Shown here: positions 1 to 12,100 of the stretch, piece by piece
Layout of the letters: the number at the start of each line of letters is the position of its first letter
How positions within the stretch are numbered: the stretch's first letter is position 1
Source of the DNA: Asterias rubens
Taxonomy: Eukaryota
DNA: 64,000 nt
Assembly (NCBI RefSeq): GCF_902459465.1
Contig: NC_047062.1
Coordinates: 22,072,001 to 22,136,000, forward strand
Direction: 5' to 3'
Notes under the pieces: generated by a model
The model's input: only the letters and a program-made list of their open reading frames with translations
Database searches by the model: none
What the model was told of the DNA's origin: nothing
Position numbers and translations under genes: made by a program

Positions 1-3000
1 ATTGTGGCATTAATTCAGTTTAAAATAATCATGCCTTGGTAAATGAGAAATCCATGAATTCTATACTGACTATAAGTTTCCGTTTTTTAGTTAAGCGAGA
101 GGGATCACAACATTTGTAAAACAATGTGATGTAAATTAACACTGCTTTGCTAATTGACCTTTTGCTTCAGAATGCCTCTGCCCAGATTTAAAACAAAGGT
201 CTTGCCGAAATGTGCACAGCTTTTTTTTCAAATGGTTTAAATGCATTTTACTGTAGTTAAGGAAACAGTTGAAAGAATGGGGTTTGAGACTTTCTATCGT
301 GGAGAGGCTACCAGTGCACAAAGTGGTCAATACATAACAAACAATACATCTGTTTTAAACTTTTTTTAAAGAAACTCAAAAGATATCCAGAAAAGGCCAC
401 ACACAACTGAAGAAAATATTTTGTGTTATTCCAGGTTTCTCACAACAGAAGGGTTTGGAATGTTTGTGTTTGTTCAAAATCAGTCGTTTGGTTAAACCAT
501 GGAGAATCCTTTCACAATCTGATTAGAAATTCAAACTGACGCAAAGGGTCAATTAACAAATCTAGTGATTACAGGCTAATGCCACTTAATGTATGTGTTT
601 TGGTGGGTGTGCGGATCACAAAGGAAAGTTTGTAAAACAATGTGATGTAAAATTCCTGCAGCCTTGCCATTAAACGGATTGTAAAGAGAGAGAGGGAGAG
701 AAAGATTTAGTATTGATTAAAGAAGTAATGATTCAGAGAATGCTGGCACAAGGGGCGATTTGAGGGCACAGGCTAATGATAAGGGTTTTTGCGGGGAGTC
801 TCTTACAAATGGCTGTCAATTGCTTAGTTACAAGCTTTCTTGAGGAGAAGTAGTTTTTCCTTTTGCCTTTTCCAAGCTTTTTCATCAAGAGTGCATTATT
901 AAGAAGTGCAGGATTGGAAGTTTCAATATTCAATGTAATTGGATTTGCAAGTTTTATTCTCTAAAGTTCCACACACTGCTTGTTGCACTGATAGTTGTAG
1001 AAAATAAGGGCTGCCATAGTTTTGGCAAAACAATCTGCATCTTGGAACTCTCTAAATGAGTATATGACAGTCATATGTGCGAGGGGGGGGTTAATCATTA
1101 TAAGGGATTTTCATTGTCATATCTTATGACAACCTGCCTGTGAACAAACCCACTTTGCCTGTCTACATTCTCTGTATCCTTGTTTATGATTGTTGTCCAG
1201 TTTTGGCCTTTAGCATGACGCAGCCATCAATGTCAAATTGACTGTTTGAACATCGGCTGAATTGAAGCATAGAGAGTTCTCCATACAGCCTTGTTTTTTG
1301 TGTCATGTAGTTTCTATTGAAGGGAAAAATACCAAAGATGGCTGCGCTGCGTCAAAGTGCTCTGGACAAAATCACATGTTACGGGTTTTACATAATGGTC
1401 TTCTATCAGAAACAGAATAAAAAACGGAAGTATTGTGGCCTTGGACGTTTACATTTACAGCAAAGTGCTTTTCTTTAATACTTTTGTGTACGTTTACAGA
1501 ACATAAACGAGTGGACTTTTAGAAGTTCATCTCCTGTTCAATTCTTCCTTAATATGGATAATATTTTTCTCTATTTTTTAAACAGATAACAATTCAGTGG
1601 AGGTTAAATTGAACAGGTGTTTTTTTCTGGCTTTTTTTTAATGCAAACTGTAGCAAACTAAGGCAACTTTCGACATGCAGAAATATTCTAGATGTGAAAA
1701 GTAGAAGTTGAATTAAAGGGATGCATAACCTTGGTATTATCTGGAGAAAAAAACAAAACAAATTTTCATCTTAAAGATGAAACTCAGTTTGAAAATTGTA
1801 CAAGAGCCAATAAGCCTGAGAAGGTAATTCAGCTGAGTGCTTTCATCCTGGATGGATATATTTAGTAGGATCTCAGAGTAATATCTCAGAATTTTGTGAG
1901 AAAACTCAGAAGTTCAAAGTATTTTTTAGAAACAAATTAATGTAGTGGGGGTTTTGGGTTTATTGCGCTTTGCACATTTTTCGTTGCGTGCCCACTGCCC
2001 CCCGAACTGATAAGCACTTCTTGCAAGTTCCCAGAGTTGTACTGTGTGCGTCTGGTCGTCTTGTTACTGGCTGTTGGCCTGGTTTGTATGCAAGCGCCTC
2101 ATGCCATGTACACAATAGTGTAAGCGGTGCACGAAGCAAGCTTACTTTGGGTTTACTCAACATCCGCGAACAATTTTAAGTTTGCATTTGTTTTAACAAC
2201 TGTACTATATGCACAGTTCTTGAGCAAAAGTTGATTTGAAGCAAAGGTTTCTTTCAGAATAGCAAGTTTGTGTCGTTCCCTTTAATCAAATTTCTTTTTA
2301 CCTTTTTTTCTGAGGCTGTCAGATATTTCTCTTGTTTTTCACAGTATTATGTACTTTCAGATTCTACATTTTTTCAATTTTTTATTTTTTCAATTGTGTG
2401 TTATTTGCAAACTTTTGACTTTTGATTTGTTCTTCCTGTTGATAAAAAACCCTGAAAGTCTCAGTGTTTTCAAATCAGGTTCAGTATTTTGTACATATCA
2501 TTTGATGTGCCTTTTTCTTCATGGAATGGAATGAATTAATGGTTGCTATGGAACATTGCAGGGTGTTTTTTCTTGATAGACAAAGAGGCTAATTTTGTTG
2601 GCAGGAAAGTTTAGATTCTTTACATTTTTTGTGACATATTCTGTCTATACTTGCAGGAGAGATTTGACATTGTTCATCACCCAAATATTTTGTATAATGT
2701 ACATAATACTGTCTTTGGCAAACTCATACAGGGCGACATTCTTTTACAATGACAACAAATTTATAAAGCAGCTTGGGGAAAATCTCTTTGCTCTTGCTCA
2801 GTTTTCAGACATGCTTTGTTTATGTTAATAGGGCAACAAGGCAAGGACTGAGGGCATGCATAAAATTACCTCAATTGCCTTATTAAAACACTGTTAGTTC
2901 AGTCGCAAAGGTTCATATCAATCATGAAAAAAAAACAATTTTACAAGAATTTTTATCTACAGAAAAAATTCAATCATACTGACAATAAGATTCTTTTCTG

Positions 3001-6000
3001 AATTGAACATTTCTATACAAATAAAATGAAAGGTTAAATGCATAGATTTTATTTTAAAGTTTTTAAAATTTAACTCTTGAGGCAGACTGCTTAAAGTATG
3101 GTGTATAAAGCTTACTTTTTTTTGCTGAAAAAAAAAAGCTAAGCTGGAATACCCACTGCCCATCAGTTGCTGTTGACACGCACAAGTTTAAGAGAAAGAA
3201 GAAAAAGGACCAAATGAAGATAAATAATATGTTTTGTCCAATTTTGAGGTTGCTAAAAATTGGCTTTTGTTAGTTTGTTTCCATTTGTATCACTTGTTCT
3301 TGTGGGAGGCCATTACCCCCCCCCCCCAAACAAAAGGTACAAAGTTACCATGGTTGGACACTTAACTATACCTTCTGTTTAAGGTTACTGTTAATTTATT
3401 GTCAAAGTCTCCAAGGCTAGCATTATTTTGTGGCCGTTTTTTTTATATTATTGAAAATAGTTTGCTGAATTTTCTAGGAGACTGATGCATTGATTATTGT
3501 GTTAATTATGATGATGATGTTACTTTTGGACAAAAATATGGTTGACAAAATTGCAGGGTTTTGTTTTGGGGTTTTTGTTTTTTTTCGCTGACGGATGTTG
3601 TGGTTATCTTATCTACTCAAACAAATAATAAGTGTATTATAGAAAATTTGATAAAATTATTGAGAATAATTAATGTGGTGGTGAGCTGAACTTTTTTTAA
3701 AATGTCTTTTTTCCCCCTCTCAAAAGAGATGATGCACTGCAATTATACTGCATAATGTTTGGTGTTATTTTTTCTTCTTGATAATGTCAACTTAAAACAG
3801 CTGATAACAATTACTAGTATTTTGCAGTCATCATTAAGTATTTACATTTTGCGCACGTGGTGGACATTAAATGTTGAAGAAAACAGTATGAAGGATGATG
3901 ACAGAAACTTGTGGCAGCTGTTTTAAACTATTTAAAAAAAAAAGTGGAACAGAATTTTATTTTTGCGAGAGAATTTTATCCTACGTAAAACTTGGTGAAC
4001 AGCCAGGGTAATAGAAGCCTGGTTCCTTGGTTCACCATTTAAATGTCAGAGTGAAATCTCCACTTTTTTGTTTTCAAACTGTATGACCATAAGCTCAAAA
4101 TGAAACTACAGTATTTTATTGATTTCGGCTGTATGAGTGTTGTACACCAATCGTAAAACAAATCTTTGACTTACGTTTGTTTGTGTGCTATGGAGTTTTG
4201 TTTAATAGAAATGTTGATAACAACAAAATCCATTACCTTTGCAAAATGAATTGTTCTATAAGATTTGACCTATTAGTTTCTTTGTAAAGTTATTTGTTGG
4301 AGCGCATGCCATTTCAACAGCGTGTAGATTTAATTCAATCACAAAACTGCACTTTGCACAATATTTTTGGAAGCCCAAAACTTACTTCCCCGTAAGAAAA
4401 TTAGTTCATGATTTTTATTTTCTAGATTTTATCTTTTTTTTTTATATAACCTGTAAGGCATATAAGTAAAACCAATTTAATATGTGGATTGCTGTGGTTA
4501 ATTGTAAATAATAATATTAGCATGTCTTGTAAAACTAGTACATGCATTTTGTAGTGTTGAATATAGTTTTGTAAATTATTCTTGTAAATAACTGAAAAAA
4601 AATACCTTTTAAGTATCATGTTGTGTTACTGAAAATCTATAATAGCCTTAAAAAGACATGAAGGGAAAATTATAAGCTGTCGCTAACAAAAGTTTTGTAT
4701 TGGCAGGTTTTGGATTAATTTTATTTTGTTCTCGCTCTACTGAAAGGCTCCTTTAAACCTAGTTTTAAGAAGTATCAATGGATATTAAAAATATGTTTTA
4801 TTTTATATTGTTTCCATAGGAACAGAGGCTGGATGATATTCTTATAATTCTTTTTTTTTTTTTTGGGGGGGGGGGTGTAAAAGGAAAAAAGTGAATATCT
4901 TGTTCAGACCAAGCGTCCAAGATGGACCTTGGTCATATTCCCTGTATACAGTAGTAATGATAAAGGCTGATCTTATCAATAATATGAGGGAGCAGACTAT
5001 TTTGCCCTTTCAGTCTTGGTAGATTTCTTGGATTTAAATTGAATATGAGCATCTATGTTATGCTGTGATAAAATTCTCTAACATGGAACTATTCGGCTGA
5101 ATATTTGTACTGACTATAGTAAAACACTAAACTTGTGTTTGGGTTGGCGTAGCAATATCTTCTATGGCGTATTAATGAAAAAGCATGGCTATAAAGACTC
5201 ATCATTGTTAGTTATTAACAACTTTCACAATTTTTTTAAAGAATTGGAATAGTTCTATAATATTCTTCACATTTCGTGTTATTTATTGATTTGTTACAAT
5301 TTTAAATCTAATGTGTCATCACTTTTCAGACTTGATTTAACACTTTTTGGGCGAATAACTTTCAAACTTTCACATTAGTCAAATTTGAAATTATCTCTCA
5401 GAGAAATGAAATTGAAAATCAAAAACACATAGTCTTTGGATCCTTTGTGATGTCAGTTGTGAACATTGGGCTGTCATGCCTCTGTTTGAAATAGAAACAT
5501 TTCTCCTTGATTCTCCTTAATTTGGTTATTCCTCTGCATGTGACGTGGTCTATTAAGGGGAGAAATTGTGGTATTTCTGTTTCTGTGTGCCAATTAATTG
5601 GACCAGGTCTAATTTCCTTCAATAGAAACTGGTTTCATGACTTAATCATCATTAGTTGATTACCCCTCGGCAATGCTACGTGAGGAAAATTCCCACTCTT
5701 TTTTGTTGTCTCTTCCCTTGAAACCTGCATGAACTCTTTAATGACATTGGTTACTAAAGTCACAAGGAGAGTCTAAATGTGGGAGGATGCAACAGGTTTT
5801 TTGGGGGGGAATGCAATTATAAACATCTGCTGAAGTACTACTCAACACTCCTTGTTGCATAGACCTTTAGTACAGAGATGTTACATCAGCTACTCTGAAT
5901 AAGTTATGCTCTGTAGTATCTTGCCTGCCTGAAAGGCACTGGAATGTACAAGGTGGCTCTTCTTGTAAACAATAAATTAGTGGTCTATAAACTGAAGTAT

Positions 6001-6022
6001 CACTCTCACTACAATTCTATCA

Positions 6023-6206
6023 AGCCCGGTTCATACTTCTGCGAATGCGAATGCGAATGCAATACAAATATTGACGTCACAAATTCGCAATGAAATTTGC
6101 ACTGAGTTGAGTTGTGCTCAACTCTCTTGCGAATATCGCAACGAAAGAGGAGTTGTGACTTCAAATTCACATCACACTCACATTCGCAGGAAGTATGAAC
6201 CGGGCT
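6023..6206. mobile_element. MITE with ~26-bp terminal inverted repeats (PIF/Harbinger-like)
   Basis: Left end AGCCCGGTTCATACTTCTGCGAATG and right end CATTCGCAGGAAGTATGAACCGGGCT are reverse complements apart from a 1-nt indel. Flanks are TCA/TTA (TWA-type TSD, one mismatch). A left-end copy occurs at 28481 after TAA. Confidence 0.75.
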
Positions 6207-8149
6207 TTACACTTCCAGCCAAATTGCACATTTGTACCCATAATGTGTATACAGTATGAAAACAAAATTCCCACATTCACATTCCTGTGATATGTATCAT
6301 TGTTTAATCCAAAAGCTGCTATGACAAAATAATATGAATTCTCTCAAAAAGATGAACTTATACATAGATCAAATTACTACCAAGTTTTTTTCCCTGCTTC
6401 AGAAAGTCAGTTTTAAGCTGTAGTTCATGTTAGTCATTTCTCTAATCCATTCATTGTATCAATTATAAATATTGTGTTGCCTGCTTGTGTAAGGTCTGTT
6501 TGTTATAGTATACACAGAATTGCATTGCTCAGAATACCAAATAGAGGTGCATTATATGCTTCATTTTATCGTTATGAAGTGTCAATGGTGCGGCAAATCT
6601 GTTTAGAATTAACTGTCCCCTTTGTTGTTCTTTTTTCGGGTACGAGTCTGAGTTGGGTTTGTATCATGACACTGTAGATAATGTGTAATTTCACTTGTAT
6701 ATTATAAATATATGACAAAACTGATTGTACAATGTATTGTGTATTCTTCCGTCCTATTTGCTCTGGATCGCAGGTGATTGGAGTATATGGTAATTTGTAA
6801 AAAATGAAGAAAAAAATTTGGGTTTTATTCTGATTTTAATCGTTCTTGTGCTTCTCATGGACAACTTTTTGTTTTTAATCTGTGTTAATTAAACATGGCT
6901 TTCTTTCTGTTGAGATTTTAAGTTTGTGTTAAGAACGCTTCACCTAGATGAAAATAATGTAAGCTTACTTCTTGTGAAGTGGTTTTTATAGCAGTGAGCT
7001 CAGGAAAGCGCTCCTCCCCTCCTCTTGACTTACAAAGTGGAGAAGATTCTTAAAAGTAAAAAGCACTGCCATTGTTTGTTCTTAACATTAGGTACATGCT
7101 CATACTTTAAATAATTCCCTAAATAGTTAAGCAAGAGGAAAGAAAATACACTGTTTTCTAAACAAATTTGTTGTTAACCCTACTTTGATCAAGTTTTTAT
7201 TGAATCTAATTTTTGGCCCCAAATTGATTTGGTAAGGTGAAGAACAAGTTTTGGCTGTTGAGGTGATTGTAGATTGAAGAAGAAAACAAATAGTCACCAA
7301 AATATAAAATCAACTAATGACTCATGACAAAGGGTCATCTTTAATATAAAAAAGTAACTGCATAATATAATTTTATTTTAAATTAATTTCTTCTCAAATG
7401 AGCAGACCCTTCTATCCTATGTACTTCCTCGTTAAAAACATTTGGATGTTTATATTTTCCTTTTCGAAAGAGCTAAGTATCTTCCAAAGAAGTAAAATTA
7501 CTATTAAGGAATATTTTTCCTTGTTTATGTTAACTGGAAACACAATTATTTCCATGGCACTAGATTGTTATTGGTTTCATCTTGACTCTGCACAGTCTTA
7601 TTCATTTGTTTCAAATATTGTGTCTGTGGTTTCTTTTGTTTGTTTGTTTGTTTCTTAGTTGTATGTGTGTGTTTTTTTTTAAATTTATTGTAAAGTAATT
7701 GTATAAGGTTTTTGAAAATCCCAGAGTACAGTGATATTGTTCAGGTGTTCTTGTACATATAAAAACTAACTATCTACATTTTTTTAATACATGCACCCTC
7801 TTGTTCAAACGGTGAACTGAAAATTTAATAAAAATGGATAATGTAAAATGCGAATAGCAGTGATTTTGATACTTTTCTTTTTGTTCTTCGACTTTGTTTA
7901 ATAGGGGTTTTTATCTCAGGGGCATCCCCCCCCCCCAACTCTATAGTGCCCCAACCATGACCCCCCCCCCCCCCAAAAAAAAAAAGCAATAATACGGGAC
8001 TTAAAGTTGAGAAATTCGTCGAAAGAGGGCGCTGTTACATCGCCACTCAATTAACCAGAGCAGTGTAATGTCATTTACTCGTGACGCCTATTTTTCGTAA
8101 ACGTAACTTGTTTTTGCACTAATTTAGCAGCATACGTTAACTTCTTAAG

Positions 8150-8254
8150 TCAAAACAATCTTTGTTTTTATCAAGTGTATTATTAATAACCATCCAATCT
8201 TTGGGTTCAGCATTCCTCCACCTGGTGAACTGAAACTGTGTCGCCAGTCAAACA
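8150..8254 (+). other. Putative non-coding first exon of TMEM179-like gene
   Basis: Strong donor ACA|GTAAGT at 8255. The acceptor CAAG|CTCACCATGG at 9137/9138 lies 6 nt before the ATG and so needs an upstream exon. The exon start is a guess. Confidence 0.4.
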
Positions 8255-9143
8255 GTAAGTTCGGATTTCTTTTTCTTTTTTCTTCATGTTTTTGAGACTG
8301 GGTGATGGGTCGGTGAGGAGAAAGTGGTGGTGTATTATTGAAATCGACAATCACTAATACTATTAGTGATTGTCGATTTCAATGTAGAATGTCCGCTACT
8401 TTTTAAAACATCAACGTTATTACCATGAATACAATGTATCTTAATGCCCAAACACAGGTATTTTATTATACGAGCGAAAAGGCGGAGTGACAGTTTACAA
8501 TTTACAAATATCGATGACTGGCGACACGCCCCCAAAGCCAAAACCCCGTCCTACACATTCATGACACAACAACCCACTGCATTTCTATTCCACACCCTAC
8601 TACTACTACCTAGGACTTAGGAGCCTAGCTGTGGTCTGCACTCCTACGTACTTGGTAGCTACCCTTTGTTCCATACTATATCGCTTTTCTACAACTTAAA
8701 AACAAGACAATGAATTCCACAATTAAATTAATTGGTTACTTGTGAATCACTTCAAAAAAAAGATATCGGTCACAATTCTCAACTCATGAGCTCAAGAGGA
8801 GAATAGTACTGGTACACAGACATAAAAAAGTTACTAGTCTAGTAAAGATAATCGTAAATTAAAAAAGTTGGTAGATCCCCTTTGATGGTCTCAAATCCGA
8901 CCACGACATGGTTTTAATGTAGCCCTGGTAGGACGTCAGTCAGTGCCACTGCCGTTGCCTGCAACGGAGGAGTCCAACCTGGGCTAGGTTTTAATGCACT
9001 AAAAATTGCTGGCTTGGTTTGTTTACATTGAATACCCACTTTTTATGAGTTGACTTCCTCTTTTTGTTAACCACTCCACTTTTAAAATGGTTATTCATTT
9101 CCTATTTGTTGTCTTTTTTGCCCTTTTTCCTGTCAAGCTCACC

Positions 9144-12100
9144 ATGGGAATCGGAAACATCCTCATGCTCTGCCAGGTCACTGCCTACCTCTTGTGTGCC
9201 ATCTTTTCCTTCTTTGTCTTCGCACCGATGGCAGTGAATAAAAATAATGATTTTAACGGAAACTGCTTGCTTTTTCCTAATGGCAGCGTTGGTATGTATT
9301 TGTTGCTCTGTTAAACTGTTTTGTCTTTTGAGGGGTAAAAACCCTAGAATTTGATTTTTAATATTGTTTAAATATAGGTTAACTAGAATTTTCAAACACT
9401 TTCTGTTTTTTAAAGTCACCTGGAAGTGGTATTTTTTTTAAATAAAGCTTTTGTCACTAAAATATGTGTTTTTATGAGAGGAATGTGAATAAAAAGTTAA
9501 CTAAGGTTTAAAAATATTAGTTTTGATTGTATTTACAAATTTACGAGTAGGCCCCGACCCGAGAGGGCGCTGTTCGTGACGTACTTCAAGGCGCGATATT
9601 TGAAGAGAAAATTTGTAGTCAGGCCTCCGTACATTACGTCTGGGAACATGGCACATCAAAACAAATTTAGACACGATTTTACACACATACGTACATTAAA
9701 ACTTGAACATGTTGAACGCCTAGTGGTTTTTACAAAAGCTATTGCTGCTATTTTGTTTAACTATGCGACTTTTTAGTGACCAAATGGGTTGTAAGATGTG
9801 GGTCTGCCTACGTATTATTATAGAAATACGGCCACGGAGCAGACTGCACGCACGCACTATGGCTGCTGTATAATGTGCGGACGGTCACATAGGACCTGCA
9901 CGCACGGTGAATCGCATGCGGTACCAACAAAAAATCGTACACTTGGAATCTGCAGGAAACAGATGAAGACTGACCCCATCTTTAGTTGTTTTGCTGCATC
10001 CAGCAGCAATACACCTGGTTGGCATTGCCGGAAAAATGCCAGAAAAAAAAACTTTTTCGCAGCGTACAAACTCACGTCTTAGAATTACATGTACTTTTGC
10101 ACGTGTGTTTATCTACGCATCGAGGGGGGTCTATGTTTGATCGAGGCAAAGTCTTCCTTTTCCTACGTCACAAAAGGGGTAGGCGGAGTCAACCCCCCCA
10201 AGCACTGAATTAATTTTTTTAACATATAAATCGGGACAAACAATTACTCAAAAAATTGTTTTATTGTTGATAAACATATACTCTTATGTTTAAAAGAAAA
10301 AAAATCCTATTTCCAGGTGCCTTTAAATTTTGGTTATGTTGTAAATCTTCTAAAACAAGTGTTCCTGCAAGTTATTTTTTATCCTGAACTTAATACTTTG
10401 TTCATTATCCATTATCCATCTGTAATGTTTTGCTGGTCTTTTGATAAGGTTTCATTTTTTAAAAAGCCCTGACTTGCACCCCCCCCCCAACAATTTTTTT
10501 TCACAAAATAGAGAGATTACCAATTAAAGCCCAGATACATGCAGCCCAGTTTGTAGAGCACTTGCACGTAAACGGTATGCTGCGGTTCAAATCTCATTGA
10601 AGTCACTATTTTCTTTGTTCAAGATTTATTGATAATTACCTGATCAGTTACCCTTGTAGTTTATTGCTAGGTTTTATTTTTGATTTGGGGTTGAACAAAG
10701 AAAACTTGACTTGAGTGGGACTCGAAAAAAAAAAACTCCGGATTAAAGTGCATGGGCTCTACCAATTGAGCTATCTAGCCCTTTGTTGGTGGTTTGCCTA
10801 TTTTGTCAATATCTTTGTTCGGGAGTGCCAGTTAGAAGCACAACCTGGGAAGCATCAGCAAGGGGATTGCAACTTTTTATTTCAGATATCAAATATTTAT
10901 TAACCACAAGGGAAACTGACTGGGTGAATTTTAAATGAATTGGGGATTGATCAAAGAAAATTTGACTGGTGTGAGACTCGAACCAACGACCTCCGGACTA
11001 ACTTGCTGTTTTGTTTTTGTTTTATACTAACATCAGATCCCCAGACGTCGGTGGTAACAATAAAAACTTGGGGATCTCCAGGTGGTTGTAACTTTGCCAT
11101 CACCATAGGTATAGTAGCTCTGCTGGTCTCTATTGCTCAGCTGGTCCGACTATCTTTCCATGTCTTCTACGAGACAGACAGGTGAGTTGGAACAACAAGA
11201 CAACGTGCCTTGTTGCTTCGTAAGAAATATTTTGTATTTATTTTTTTGAAAAAACATTCCAGGTTGTCGACGTAGTTTTTCCCCTACCTTTGACCTCTGT
11301 AGATCTCTGCTGTTATCCAGCTTCAGATCAGCCCCTGGGTCCAATTTCATAAAGCCTATAAGCACACAAACTTGCTTATAGCACAACAAACTTTTGCCTC
11401 ACAAAAATAGATTACGTGCCAGAGTACCACACAGTTACTAATGCTGCAACTGGTACCCAATCCTTTTTTGCCTAGACAACAAATTTGCTTAGCAGAATTT
11501 TCTGCTTAGCAGGTTTATGAAATTGGGCCCTGGTCTTGCCTGTGGATTAGGTTTTTAGTCCCAACCGCATCTGTGGGTTTTCTCCTAGGTGGGGGTTTAC
11601 CTCCCACGTCTAAATCTGTATTTTTCTCATCTTTATAAGTTCCTTCAGACCTGCTGGTTACAGTACAAGGTGCTTTTTGAGAGGGCTCCTTGGGTTCATA
11701 ACCAGAAAGCTACAATAGTAATCATCATAGTTATGTCAATCTATAGACCCCTTCTTGCATTGGTTGCCATCGTTGATGAAACGTACACTTGTAAAAGGCT
11801 ATCATTGGCAGAGAGTCGTGCACAGCAGGTACACAGGTGCACTTTCTTGTTGTTTGTCATCAAAGATGGCGGTATGACGTCGTGTGCAGTCCATCTCATT
11901 GCCGAATTGAATTGATTCTCAATAAAACATTTTATAAAAAAACTGTGAGTAGCAAGTTGATTGTGAGTTTGTATGGAGTGCAAGTCCAAGAAGATTAGTA
12001 GGATAAGTTGGTAGTAAATAATTGATCAAATTTGCTTTTATGTTGCTTTCTCTTTTCTCAAAATTGAGTGATCACCTTGTCTAAATAAAAAATCCCCCTC

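Noticed and set aside
733-1080. Purine-rich minus-strand ORF fragments
   Set aside because: They are interrupted by stops, with no identifiable motif or splice sites. At most a decayed element that I cannot classify.
7924-7985. Poly-C/poly-G homopolymer runs (also ~3317, 4866, 16183, 35910, 47556, 49672) as functional G-quadruplexes
   Set aside because: They are simple homopolymers scattered throughout the window and prone to assembly error, with no positional pattern.
8920-8986. Tiny TAGCCC...GGGCTA inverted-repeat element (and a similar IR at ~8605-8680)
   Set aside because: The IRs are short and imperfect, there is no TSD, and there is no second copy in the window. Too weak to call.
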